64,000 nt of DNA from Marsupella aquatica (Eukaryota; Plantae; Marchantiophyta): contig OZ316894.1 of NCBI GenBank assembly GCA_973895155.1, positions 19,382,805 through 19,446,804 on the forward strand, given 5' to 3'. The notes under the pieces are model-generated. The model was not told the origin of the DNA. It made no database searches and worked only from the letters and a program-made list of their open reading frames with translations. The translations under genes were made by a program, and so were the position numbers. Numbering within the stretch: position 1 is the stretch's first letter; each line of letters starts with the position of its first letter. Shown one piece after another: positions 12,101 through 29,491 of this stretch.

Positions 12101-15100
12101 AGCAATTGGCACTGGTGTACCCATATCAATTCTTAACCAGTGCTCAGACTGAAGACCGTCAAATGGGATTAGCCACATGTGACGATCACTAGTTGTCTTG
12201 TTGCATCCATCTACAATTTTGTCTAGAGTACGATGATCTCCCTTGCATCCTGGAATGTCATTCAGGTCCCTGGGCTTTGCAGACAGAGCATCCTTCGAGA
12301 CTGGGTAAGGAGCTCCATGTGGATTGAGAATCTGCAACTTCAGAGGTACTTCGGTAAGAAAATTAGAAAGCTTAATTAAACAATGGGACACATAGCGCGA
12401 ACTCTAAGTAAGTTGGATGCTCCTCTGAAATCCAATTTGAGAGCGTGAAGTCTGCTGGGAGTCTGCTGGGATTTGTTTTACGGAACGGTCGTCATCCATA
12501 TAAGATTCTCTACACTCGTCTCTACAATTTGCTGTGCACATAAAAAGTCTGTATCGTCTATAGTGAATATTCTGTTCCTCTTGTATGATTTGGCCCACTG
12601 GTTGAAATCCATAATCTTGTAGAATTACAGTATGTATATGATAACAACAAAGGTCGAGGGACAAACAGATAGAGATAAACAGATGAGCAATGAATGTGAA
12701 GAGGCACCTATGAGTGCAGAGGAGAACTTAAATATCAGATGCGAACGTACCTCGATTCCTGTTAGTCCTACATAATGAGGATCACCCCATGTTCCAAGGA
12801 TCTTCAGCATCACGATCTGTCCAACTGGGAACAGTTCCTGGTGTCTTGATTTCAGGTTGGGTGATTCTTTCTCATTGTTATCTTCTTCTACATAATGCGG
12901 CCCATAATTTGATGCCAAAAATCCTTTCAACTTTGGCCTCAATCGTATAGCATGCGTTTGGGGCCGGTCTCCTGCTTCGAGGGTCAGAGCTGCTGGATAT
13001 TCAACAGAGGCCTCGGCTGAAGAATATGTTGCGTATCGACCAGCAGTACCTGGGCGCTGCAAGGGTATTGAGGTTGACTCCTGAGCCAGCACATATTCTG
13101 CTTCCTTATGGTACCGTTGGTCGTATTGCTCAATAGCATTCAAAACTGCCTGGAGACATTCAATGTGAGTGGGACAGACTTCTGCAAGCTTGGGAAAGAA
13201 TGTAATGTTTCTGACATAGGTGAGGAGAGATGGGAGGAGGATAAGGAGACTTCTCTCCGCATTTTGTTGGATCTCCAATCTTGGGACATATATCCTACTA
13301 AAATCATTGATCATTGTTTACAATTAAAGTCTTGCTAAGCCAAAGCAAAACAATTTCTTTCGTTATTTGTTTTTGGTCCCTGTCAATGAAGAAGAGGGAT
13401 CCGAGTAGAATTTAGTTACTGCACCTCATTAGTCGTGAATAGGATTGGTTCTGCACGCAGGGCAGCATCTATTAGTGATCCAGATGCCTTTCTTAGCTCA
13501 CCAACAAATATGAGTTTCCGATCGAAAGTGATCTCCACCATCCTTGCTCCACGAAAGGAATGAATTCTAGATTTATTGTAGTTCCAGAATCGCACCATAC
13601 TAAGGGTCGTAGGTGAATTCAGTGTGATCTTAACGAGGTGAGGTTGGCCTGCTGTGAAGGGAGTCAGCCAAACGTGGTAATCATCACATGTCATATTCAC
13701 GTTGTCTACCAACTTGTCAACTGTTCGAGGATCATTACTATATCCAGGAAGAACGTTTATGTCTGGAGGGTCTGCTTGGACCTGTTCAAATGGATCATGT
13801 AGCTCAACTAGGCGCCCATTCATATCAAAGAGTTCAATGCCTGCTAAGCCCACATAATGAGGATCTCCCCATGTGGACATAATATTCACAATCAATACTT
13901 GCCCATGAGGAAGAACGGGGATGGTTACGATCATGTCTTCCTCATCACCTGAAAGCTCATAATCAGAGGCTTGTTCGTTGTGCCTGAATTCTGAATCCAT
14001 ATCCCATGAAAACTCATTTCCAAAATTAGTGCTATTATTGTATGAATTTACTGCATCCCCCAGACTATGTCTCAAGTTTTCTAGCTCCATTTGGCTCTGA
14101 ATCATCATCTCTGTGAGCTGTGAGTTAGAAGGATTAGTTGGAGAATCGGATCTGTCGGAACCCATGGAAAAGAACTGTGTTGATTGCGTTGTCGAATTAT
14201 GCAATTGTTGGCATGACATGACCGACGAAAAAAAATGCGCATCTGCCATTTGGGCTGCTTTAAATTGCACAAGTGAATCCCATGAATCACGCAATTCATT
14301 TCGCAATTCAGTTACGCCAGGGGTCTCAAAGTGTTCGATGGTTTCGTCTTCCAAATCCTGATTTTCTGTCTGTGTCTTTCCTTTCGGCTCGCTAAAGAAA
14401 GGAAAACTCTTGGAACCGATACCAAGGAGAAGGTTTTTTCTCCCTGCAGGGGATGCGGATGAGAGAGAATTCTTGCTCAGGGGTAAGTCCTCTGTGAGGG
14501 AATCTGTTAGTGGCGCTTCCTCCTTGGTAGCTAATCTCAAGCCTACTTTCAGCCTCACAACTACTTTCTTGAGTCCAGAGAAGGCTGAGTGCAAAAGCCT
14601 ATGCTTGCAAGGAGATCCCATCTCAGAGAACGTTTCAACCCCATGACCTCTGACCTCCATCCTGTCAGATGTGCTTTCAAATGACCGGTAGGTATTCTTC
14701 CCTCTGGGTGATGAGGAGACAGTCTCACTCCGTTCTGTTGCTGGAAAAATTGCTGCAGCGAAAGCTTCTTGTCGAGGTGAATCAACATTACTATTATTGT
14801 CAAGTCCCATTGACGTAATTAAATAATTGGAACTCTTAAAGTGTGGATTCCGACGCCCCATGCTGAGCTTGCGATCAGAGAATTCTGTCGAGGAAAGCAT
14901 CTGCAATAAATTACTCTCATGAATGCTCGACTGCAGATTGTGGCCAGCTTCTTGGGGCTTATCCATGTTTTGATGGTTGTCATATCCAGCTGACTCCTTC
15001 CTCATCTGTGAAGAGCCTGGACGGGAAATATTTAACGACGAGTGAGTCTAAGACAAGCAAAAACCACACAACCTTAGTAGATACTAACAAGCTTTAACCA

Positions 15101-18100
15101 TTAGGATTATCATACTCCCCTCTTCGTATATATCCTTGCATTAACCTATCATACATAAGAACGCTGCACTCGCTTTCCATAATATCAACTCTTGTAAAGT
15201 CGCTATCGCTTTTGTACAGTGCTGTACAGATGGAAGAAAATAACACAAAGCCTCCTAACAAACTAAGATGTTACAGCCAAAAAAATGGGTTCACTCACCT
15301 TTTAACCAGATTGGCAATGACTCATCATCTGAGAAGGCCTCCAGATCCTCTGCACATCTGCAAGTTAGCATCAAAACTAGTTTTTGTCATATAATGTAAC
15401 CAAGATTGTAGAGACTACAAAATGAGAAGACCGCTTGTCAGGTTAAGACAAGGTCGGACTTAGCAAAAAGTGTAAGAGACAGAGGGCAAATGTCGCTAGG
15501 AGCAGAAAAACTGTGATGAAGGTCACGTCAACTGTCAACAATTACTCACCTCATTTCCTCATTTCTCCAGCAATGCCCAGAATCATGAGTTGAGGAACTT
15601 CTATCCAAAGCTTTTGACTCTTTTGCACCTTCCATATCTGGGTCTTCATCTACTGAATGCTTATTATCCTCTTGATCCATGCGTGACGGAGAGTTTTGCA
15701 ACTGTTTTCTTCCTGATGCAGATGAGGTGCATGACAATATTCCGCATATACTAGGAGACGATGACCCTTCAATTGGACTGAACGTAAAAGATGTTCCGAC
15801 AGATGTTGGTGCACAGACTGGATCTTCTCTATTGTGATCTTTGCACTCTACCTCAGGCATACTTGTCACAAAATGGTTCTCTTGAAGTGTACAGCTACCA
15901 TGAATGTGTGTGGATGATGCGGTTCCTGACAGTGGTGACTCATCTAGTAAAGGAATTTTTGTGCTGTAATCAAAGACCTGATTTCCACAACCCTTTGATA
16001 TAAAACCTTGCCAAATAAGGTCTCCGTCTACATGAACTTGAGCCTCCTTCACACCCTTCACGATATCACTTATACTTCTGTTATAATTCCAGACCCTCAT
16101 ATGTCCCAGTGTAAGATCTGAGAAAGGGACCTGAATGAGAATCTCCAGCGGGGGATCCCCTGCAGGTGGCAGAGGACAAAGCCACATATGCCGATCACGA
16201 GTTGTGTTGACAATGCCATTGATGATTCTGGACAGATTCTCGTTGGAGGCAGAGTCCATGGAAGTGTTACTATGTAGTGACACAGAAGATGCTTGCAACT
16301 CCACTTTCGTGCCATCCTTGTCAAAGAGGTCTACCTGAACAAACACGGGACAGAGTGATTAGTCTGTCTGAGAAATCAATCCAAACTGGTAAGCATCTCT
16401 TACGTTTTGACAATAACAAGGTCAAGTACAAAAATATTGCAAGACCGAGGCAAATTCAGAACTAGAGTAAGTAATGTTAAAAACCAGGATGGACAAAATC
16501 TGCCTGAGAAGGAAATATGAGATCTACTATTCCTGGATAAACTTCAAAAGTCGAACTCTCATGTAATCAAGGGGCATAAGTGCTCGCTTGCTGACTGGAC
16601 CCATATGAAAAAGGAAAGACAAACCGCAGAATCTAGTAACACAAGCCTGGTGAGATCCTTGACCAACTTAAGACCAAGCAAAACTAATTGTTCAATATCG
16701 GAACCTACGTCGCTGCATTGTCCACCCTGTTAAGAGTCATGAATGCCAAAGGTAGAATCTGAAAAGGCAGAAAAATCTAAGCATAGTTTATACGTGCTAC
16801 GTGAGCTTCACGACAATTCTTTCCCGTCTTTAAAGCTACCTTAGAAATCTCTGATACATGAGATCTCCCATGCAACATAGTGACATGTTCATGCTCGGCA
16901 GCCCCTTTCCTCAGCTTAATACGCCGCAATAAGGAATTTAAGCTCTGGTGCCTGAGCAAGTGATACCTCGACAAGGCCCACACACTTGGTGTCTCCCCAG
17001 GTTGAAAGTATTCGCAGGACAATCAGATGTGTCTTAGGAGCTCCTTCCACATTTGGTGAGGTCAGAGGAACTCCCATCCAAGGCCGCTCCAATGACGCAA
17101 ACATAGATGGAATGTTTAAATTTCCGCTCTGTTTGGCCCTCTCAATTTTATTTAAGACCTGCAACAAATACTTCTGCTGGTTCACATCAAGCAATTGTAC
17201 TTTTGCACTTAGCAACTCCAGAATGGAGCCTTCAGCAGTGTCACGCAAATCAGATCTTGATGGCACATTCTTTCTTGAAACCGAGGACTCCAACTCATCA
17301 GCAGAGATACCTGTTCTCGGAGTAGCATAAGAAGACGCTTGACTGCTTTCATTGCTTCCCCGATTGAATAAATGGATGGCATTAGTCTCCGAATTGACGC
17401 ACTTAACCTTTTTTCTCTCATAGTGAAACTTGCTTTTATCCACAGCCCTCTGTTGAGCTCCTTGCGAAATCACATTGGGCTCCAATACAGCACTTCCCAT
17501 GAATTTGACGCAGTTTTCCCTTACATCCTCTTTAGGGGACTGCTGAAATCCAAGCACAACACTAGTGGACAATGGTCTAAGAACTCGAGCTGCTGACAAA
17601 GGTCTTACTTTCCTTTCCTGTTGTGTCATCATCTCTTGACAACTTACAAAAGAGCTTGTTCCGTTTGTTTGCTCAAAGTCTTTGAGCATGAACATCTCTT
17701 CTTCTTTCATCGTGGCTGATGTGAGAGCCAAGTCTTCCTGAACCTCTTCAGCCCCATTATGAAACTCATCCCAATGCTTTTGGCAGATACCTACCTGCAA
17801 TTCTTGCAAGCTTTTCCTGAGAACCACAAAATCCCGACGTGAAAATGACAGATATTCGTCCTCACAACTGGTGTCACAGACAAACTTTCCCGGTACTCTT
17901 GTCAAACCTTGACAAGAAAATGACGTTAAATCTTCCTCTGTACTCCTACGGGCACTAATGCTTGGCAAGCTTTTGATAGTGGTTCTAGTAGAGAATTCCG
18001 GAGATTCCACTCTTTCAAGTGGAGGTGTCGCTGATTCACAAGCCTTATCCTCCGGGACCTGCAGATTGTCGCGCACGTTGGAGTCTTCCTTCAAAGCATT

Positions 18101-19746
18101 TTGAAATTCGCCACTGACAATAAATGGTTCATACCGCTCAAAGTTTTCATCCTGGTAAAAAATGTCATATACAATGTCAAAATCCTCTCTGGCACCATCA
18201 CGGAGATCATGCCCAATAGGGCAGAACACCTGTGACGATATAAGTTCCTCTGGAGCATGACCAGTTATACTTCGGTCATCTTTCTGAGGCGAGTGGCACC
18301 AGGTCCCGGGTTCGTCTCGAGTAGTAATTTGTAAATCCATTTTCCCATCGGATGAATTCTGTGTCACCAACTGCTTGTCGACATTGTCACGAACCAGATC
18401 ACCCATAAGGAGAGCAAGGCTGCAGCCTGCATTCTCCACTAGGTCCCATTGCCCCAGCCCACCATTGAAGGAGCCACTATGAATATCAAAGTTTTGTTCG
18501 GGTGGCTGGTCGTCCATGGACACACTGCTCATCGTGTAGTCAGAGGTTTCGGTGAGTGTCGGGGATGGACAGTTCACATCATCATACAACGAATCATCTT
18601 CAAGCTCAGCCAAAGCCTTTGGCACATGAAGCTTTTCTTTCTCGCTGTCGTTGCTATTACTTTCAGTACTCTGAAAATAAGATTAGCACCATCAGTGACG
18701 CTAACACAGTCACCTAGGATTAAGTTGGCCTAAGCATAAAGATAAATAGGGCCAATTAAATGAAAAGCATGGACCACATTAATTCAAGCCATGAACAGGA
18801 ATCTTTAACGCTGACTTACCTGCTGATCGCTACTCTTTTTACAAATGTCCTGCAGGGGGGTTTTAACAATGGCTTAAACGTTTGACACATGGATTGAGAA
18901 TAAATAGACTACCTTTAGCCACCGCGTGCATCCTTTTGAGAATACTCCTAGGCTGCTCAGGCCCACCAACCCCCAGTCACAACATTGTGCTGCAAAGTCA
19001 GACTCACCCACCTCGGATTATAGCTTGAATCAAATACATCAGAATTCCAATCCAAGTTTTGTCCTTACTGTCTAAAAACTTTCTATCTTGCTTATTTGAA
19101 TTCCAGTGCAATTTTTGTTTAAAACGCCTCCAAAGGTTTATAACTGGTCAGTACGAAAAAGTACCTTCTGATCCTCTCAAAGAATCTAAACTTATGCATC
19201 CATGACAAGACCGAATGAAATTTAAGAAGGGACTTTGATTTCAGGTAAATTGGAAAATATAAAGTGCCTCCCAAGGTTTTGTCTGAAGAAAGGCTCTGCC
19301 ATGGGCTTGGAGAGACTCGACGCATAATAGCTGGTGACAGCATTCCTGTTTGCTTTTACCCCAACTTGACCCGAGTGTTGAGGCTTACTGCTTGATTTTA
19401 AATCTCTGACCTCAATTCATTCCTAAGCTTGTTAGATGCCGCTAGAAGAATCTCTCTTCGTTGTTTCTGATCTTTCGCCTGGTTCTGCTTTGCTTCACTG
19501 CCGATACAACGTAATAGATATGTAAAATCCTTTGTGAGCATTGCAAGAATGACAAAGATATTCCGTTCCTCTTATCCTCCACAAACCTCTATTTACTAAA
19601 TTCAATACTCATCACAGGGAGATAAGGGGTGCACAATACCTCAGGAGACCATTGAAGCCTTCCTGTAGCTCGTCGTTTCTGTTTCCACTGCCACACCCAG
19701 CTTCATCTGTTCTGTAGCAGGCCTTGTATGTTTTGTATGACCCCAT
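9185..19746 (-). CDS. KATNIP: Katanin-interacting protein KATNIP/KIAA0556 (DUF4457 repeats, ciliary base protein), multi-exon
   Basis: Four S/GTWGD..(Y/C)xGL motifs (~17000, ~13870, ~12790, ~11100), each followed by DKL/IVDG.N.T.D..HMWL and WNYN/SK...RGV modules. The exons splice in frame at GT-AG sites, e.g. ...DIRTLDKLVDGDNNTWDDQHMWL (~10245-10385), SNQIYIIFEQP...WNYSKTPTRGVYEFE (~9940-10040), and a last exon VHVDDLLVYKG...RPPTGLSGLRML*. The model is well supported up to 18670. The small 5' exons and the start (ATG 19746?) are tentative. Confidence 0.9.
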
Positions 19747-20723
19747 TAGCTTTAGGCCCTGTTCATCACACCCTCGTTCATCAGCATTGATGTCTTGCAA
19801 ACTGGACCTTCAGCAACGGCTTTTATCGAGACCTTCAAACTAAGGAGCACTAGGGAGTTCCCGATGACAAAATTGTTGCAATTCACAAACACGGCAAGGA
19901 GATAATTACAGAAGGAAAACGATTCTCCTCCCATTTGAACGTCCATGAGTCAATGGGAGCTTTGCAGGATGCATTTTAATGCACGTAGGAATGTCAAGAC
20001 ATCAGGGATCTGACTTTTTGCAAGCATTTTTAACCTGCTGATCGCCACGGTGACAGCTACTTCAAGACGAACTGGAATTGATAAATGCTTGCAAGTCTCG
20101 AGAGAGAGCACAAAAGCAAGACCCCTTGGCAGACAAGGTTTTCACAACAGAGTTGTCAACTGCCAGACATTATTCCCTACAATGGACTGGGTTCTTGCCG
20201 CGATCACTCATTGGACGAATTTAATCCTTCATAGCGAATCTCTCCATGGTGCTTTTCTCCTAGTCCTAATACAGCGGGATGTAGTTTCCCTCAATGTCAC
20301 ACACGGGAATATTCGATGGGGGAGCAGCTGCACTGTTGATGGCAATGGTGATGGGAAGCAAGCTCAGAAACGCGCGGGGATAGATAATTTGAAGCCTCTG
20401 GAGCTCTTCAACTGGACACTTGATTCGACATAATTAAACCTTCCTCTCTCGGAGGTAACTTACTAATACCTTCTAAATTTATTGGGGTAATATATTGACG
20501 CCGGTGGACTGTTCTGAACACCACCTTTGGCAACGAACTTGCTTTCCACAACACCTCCAAGTCCAACACGCAGAAGTTCACCCTTTACTAGCAAGTGCGT
20601 GGTTGCGCTCGATTGAAGCTCGCATTCAGACTGCTTGCTGGGAGACCACGTGAGCAACTCGATTTTGCAGTACAGTGCTAAATTGTGAAGGTACTCTCAA
20701 TTTGAGAAAAAGGTCGCAACGGT

Positions 20724-20811
20724 AGTTACAAAACAACGGCATCTCACATTGGAATGGCATTTAGCGGAATCGGCAAGGCCAAGAAATGTGAGATGTCGTC
20801 GCTGTGCAGCC
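20724..20811 (-). other. Imperfect ~28-bp stem hairpin in the putative KATNIP 5' leader (pre-miRNA-like)
   Basis: CATCTCACATT (20740-20750) is perfectly complementary to AATGTGAGATG (20785-20795). The stem extends outward with several G-U pairs on the minus strand. Confidence 0.5.
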
Positions 20812-23800
20812 CAGCCCACGATTGCAGATGTGTCTCAAAAGGACCTGCACCAGGGAAAGGAAAAGAGCAGTAAAATGATCGCCTGCTGCCCAAGTGGTGT
20901 AGAGAGAATTCAATGTTCCAAGGTATAAGGTCTAATCAAAGAGAACCCTCACAACCAACTGCCTGTGCCGGTGAGAACGCTTCAATTGTAAGCAGAGATC
21001 CTTGGTATTGAGGAAGAACCCACCAGGACTCGGATTGAGAAGAATCCATGAAAAGTCTTGGGAACGAGAAATAGCAGTAAAATTGGAGAGCAGGGAGAGG
21101 AGACCGGTGGGCTTCAAGAACTCTGTACCAACGGACCCCAAGGCATCAAGTTCCGCTCTGCCTCTGCATTCAGAGGGGAGAAGATTTCGGGAGATGTCTT
21201 CCCCAGCAAGAGGTGAGAGGAAGGGATGGAGAACTTCAGTTGAATGTATCATCAGAGGTGGGCACCAGGGGAACGAGAGTCAGAGAGAAAGAAAGAAAGA
21301 AAGAAAGAGGAAGATGGGAAGGATGCAAATGAGGAGGGAGGATGGGAAGTGGCAGTTGGAAGCCAGAAGGGCCACAAAACTGGATTGCGGCAGAAGTTGC
21401 AGAAGTCACTAGCCGGCTGCCTGCCTGCCTACCTGCCTGTCAAATGTGGCCTTTCAGATAGATGTAGGATTAAGGGCTTCATTCCTCAAAACCCCCAACA
21501 CATAAACCAAGAAAAACAAACCATAAGAGTATCTACAAGCTGTCTGTAACAAATGTTAGGCCCAGCCAAGCCAAGCCAAGCCAAGCCATGGGACAGAGGG
21601 GCCCTCGTTTACAAAGCTCTCATCTCACGGTATTTGCAAACTACACATGTCCCCATTTCCTGAGTGCAAATAGTAGACATGGGAAGAGGCTGTTTGCGAG
21701 CTCGAATCTGTGGATCGAATTGCAAAATCGATGTGTCTTCATTTCCTGAGTGAATAGCACTCATGGGACAGAGGGGCCCTTGTTTTGCTAGCCCTCATCT
21801 CAGGATCAATATTTGCAAACTAGACGTGGCTTCATGTTGTGAGGGACTATAGTAGAAGTGGGGCATAGAAACGGAATGGTTGTGAGTGGGGCCTAATTGA
21901 CAGTTCTCGTGAAATGGGCCCCCTATAGATGTCACTAACTATGCCAGAGCGTAATTAATTCAGGGATCAATTTGTAGGATTTCAGAGTGTCCATTTTGTG
22001 GGATGTGAAGCCCATTTGCAATTCTGGTGAGTTTTCTGGAAATTGAACCCCACAATCATCATAGCCTAGATTTCTCAATGCCTTGTGCGTGAAGGACTTG
22101 ATCGCTTCAGTGAGCTTTCCTTGCTCAAAGTTTGAAGTGGTGACTATGAGCAGACTATGGGCAAGTTTTCCAACAGTCAATTGGCAATTTTGTCAACCAC
22201 AGTTGCTACAAATTAGCTTCAATGTTTGGATATGTTGTGAAATTAGGGATTGCAATTGTTAGAGACTTTGAGATGGCATTACCACAATTTGGCCAGGAAG
22301 ATTTGAATCAAGTTTATCCAATCCAATTCATGTCAATCAATAGTTTCCCATCCATGTTCTGACTTGCTTGCAGCTTGCCGGCACAGAAAGTAGCTACCAA
22401 TGACCATATTGCCTTTCAATCCATTTTTCAAATTTAGAATTTCAATTTGTTATGCTCATTTTGATCAACATGGATATCCACTACTTTTACCCACACTCAA
22501 TTGTCTATGCTCTTAGTTGGACTCAACACTAGCCAATAGAAATAAAATGCAGAGCAAGCTTTATATCTGTTGTGGCTATTGCCCTTGGTTTTTCCCTGGG
22601 GACAAATAGATGGCCCTTGGCTTTTCCCTGCAGATGGCTGGACAGACAATGATTTAATCTCCTAGAGCCCTTACTACAGTACGTTCATAATAATATGAGT
22701 TTTATGTAACAAATGAATGCTCTCTCAATTGTACTCTGATAGACAAACTGGGAAGAGGGGAAGGGAGATGGGTTGGGCCATGCTGGTTCGCATGACCCTA
22801 TGGATCTACTGTAGACATAGAGACGGTGATAGAAACACTCATGGTCAGTGAATCCTGCCAGGTTGTCAAGATGAAGGAAACAAGCCAAACCAGGCACAAT
22901 CTTGTAGATTGACATTCAATTTAGGAAACCATTGTCAATTGGTCAACTCCCAACATGTTTTACTAACCTGCCCCCATACCCATTATAATTTCTGATGAAC
23001 ACCGGCCCCCCCTTGTCTCCCCTACTTTTTAAATTAGTAAGTAACCCCCCTAAAATTTAGATGGTCACCTTAACCCATAAAATCTAACCCAGGGTGGCTT
23101 TCCATTGGCTCACAATTAGTGTAACCCACATTTGCTTCCATCCCTTGGAGGGTCAACTGAGAATTTTTAATTTTTTTAAAAGGGGGCGGGTAAAAGGGGG
23201 GACGGGCAAAAGGGGGGATGGGTAATTCTCTTTGTAAAATTTCTATATATTCCTATGTCATCCTGGCAACACCCTGCCCATACCAAGGCATCAATTTTGC
23301 AACATTGTGGGAGTGGGATGGCAGATGATGTTGTAAGGGCAGATTAAAGACATGGTGATGAATGGGAACGGGAGCAACCATGCAGGCTAAATTTTGGACC
23401 CATGGGAGGCTGTCCCAAGTTCGTTTGGATGGGTTAAGGTGTCTGCATATGGTTTGGGTGGCAGGTCAGATATTATGGTCAGTTTGGGGTAGGCTAATTA
23501 GTTCCTGAGCTATTGAGGGCTCTAGACAAACAATATTCTAGAGTGGACAAATACTAGGTGACCCAGGGAAATAGAGGGTGCCATGGTGATGAAACATATG
23601 TGACAGGGCATAATGGCTGGAAGTGACTCACAAGGAACTATAAGCTTAGGTCTGATGACGTGTATGTGATCAAACATAAGGTTTGGATGTGAGGCCAACA
23701 AAGAATTACAAGGTGTACCCAGCCCAAGAAAAATAGGCCTGGTTTGAGTACATTGCATATGTGATGTGACATTCCTGATGTGATAAATAAGGCATAATTT

Positions 23801-24344
23801 TGGATGTCTCCAGGGGGTCCTCCTCACATACATGGCAACTTAAACTTAACACCAGGGTCTCTCTTTCACCCTGCAAAAGCCAGGGCTAATGTAAAACATG
23901 GAACCCCACATCATGTAAACGCAGGCTAGAATTTCAATGGTTATTTCACCTGAGCCAGGGCAGAAGTGACAGAAGCATGTTAATGGTAACAAATGGCTTT
24001 ATTTGCTGATTAGGAAGTCCTGAGCCTGGCGTGCTGGTTCCTATCTAAGGTGCCAAGACTTCTTTTTGCAGATTTGCTTGTCCCCAATGGATCACCTTCT
24101 CGTTGTTATTAGCCTCGCCAACTACTATCGGTCGCCGAAGTCCCATCGCCAGAACTATTTCTCATGGATCTGTTATGGGAGAAACTAAACTTCTAGTAAT
24201 CCACAAGAAAACTGACTGACGTGAGCTTAAGACCCTTCTGGAGGTGGTCCCTTTGTCACTTATTTCTAACACTTGAGAGCACTATGACATTAAACCATAG
24301 CCTAGATGTTCTGTTCTGTATGGCGTGAAGGCATGGTTCTAGTG

Positions 24345-28215
<3,871 letters not shown>

Positions 28216-28889
28216 TGCAACTCGATGTTTCCTGTACAGCTCTCTGCTGAGACTGTTTTTGCTTTTACAACTGGAATTGGTGGAGTTTGCACCCAACAAG
28301 GGGCAGATGACAACAGAGGAGAGGAGAGGGAACACAGAAGAAGCTCACCGTGGATCCCACGTCACTTGCTCGATGCACTGTCTGCTAAATTGACTTCCTT
28401 TCAAGCTCGAGTAGTAATTCAGTGGGGCCCGAAGGTCGACTGTAGATGGACAGAGTTGGATTCATGAAATTGATCGTGTTGCTCAAAGTTTTCCAATCCC
28501 AATGACTGTGCCACCCCTAAGGCCCCCAATGCCACTAGGTTGTTACAAATTTATTACCAGTCACCCATATCAGTGTGCCAGACTGTGCCACCCCCAAGGC
28601 CACCCATGTTACTCGGTTGTGAACACATTGTTTATCAGTCACCCATATTAGTGAAGCTCAGCAGTCTTGCCAAACTCTAAAATCATTTTGGCGGTCGGTC
28701 CTTCTTTTTTCCTTTCTCTCAGCAACATTGCCAAATTGGAAAATAAACCCTTGCTTAGTCACTTTTCACTCAACCGCCCCGCCAAGTTGGAGAATCCTCT
28801 CTCAGCTGATAGATGAGTCAAATTTTCAACCCGGCAGCTCTCTTGTGTCATCTAAGGTGCCTCACAAGTAGGGAGGTTCTAGACACACA

Positions 28890-29491
28890 CGACTGATTAT
28901 AGAGATTGATACCTGATAGCAGCAGCTGATAACTGATGGGGTTGCGACACTTCCTGCAAGTCACATACTAAGGCAAGAACCATGCAATGAGAAGGATCTC
29001 TAACAAAGTACACCAAACCATAAGGGAAGAATGATACATTGCAAGGAGCTCCCACAACCCAAGAACACCAACTCTTCAAATCATCATTCTACTGATGAAG
29101 AGATCAAATTGATTGAATACAGCAATCTCGCAAGTCAGCTGAGCAAGACTCACACACTGAAAGTGTGAGCTACATCTCTCTAGATCAAACTTGTTGTTTG
29201 TGGTGCCTTATATAGGTTCCTCTTACAATCTTGAGTGGTCTCTTACAACCCTTTGGGTAGCTTTGCCCAACGCCTCTTACCTAGTCAGTTACTCCCCTTT
29301 GTGTAGGTTGCACCGTCCATGCCTCTTGACTAGTCAGTTATTCCCTCCTTGGCATCAATTTAAAGTAAATATTTTTGGGTAGCATTACCCAATGCCTGTT
29401 GACTAGTCAGTTGCTCCCCTTTGTGTACCTTGTGAGGTGCCTTTTGACTAGTCTATTCTACACTCCTTAGCTTTGACCTGCCCCAGTCTCA
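28890..29491. mobile_element. Possible solo LTR remnant
   Basis: LTR-like composition, with CCTTATATAGG at ~29206, repeated TTGACTAGTCAGTT motifs, and a ...CCCCAGTCTCA end (TGAGAC on the minus strand). No matching target-site duplication was found, so the boundaries are uncertain. Confidence 0.25.

Noticed and set aside
21002-21549. Lys/Arg/Glu-rich plus-strand ORFs
   Set aside because: They are the antisense reading of the CT-rich promoter/5' UTR of KATNIP and are low complexity.
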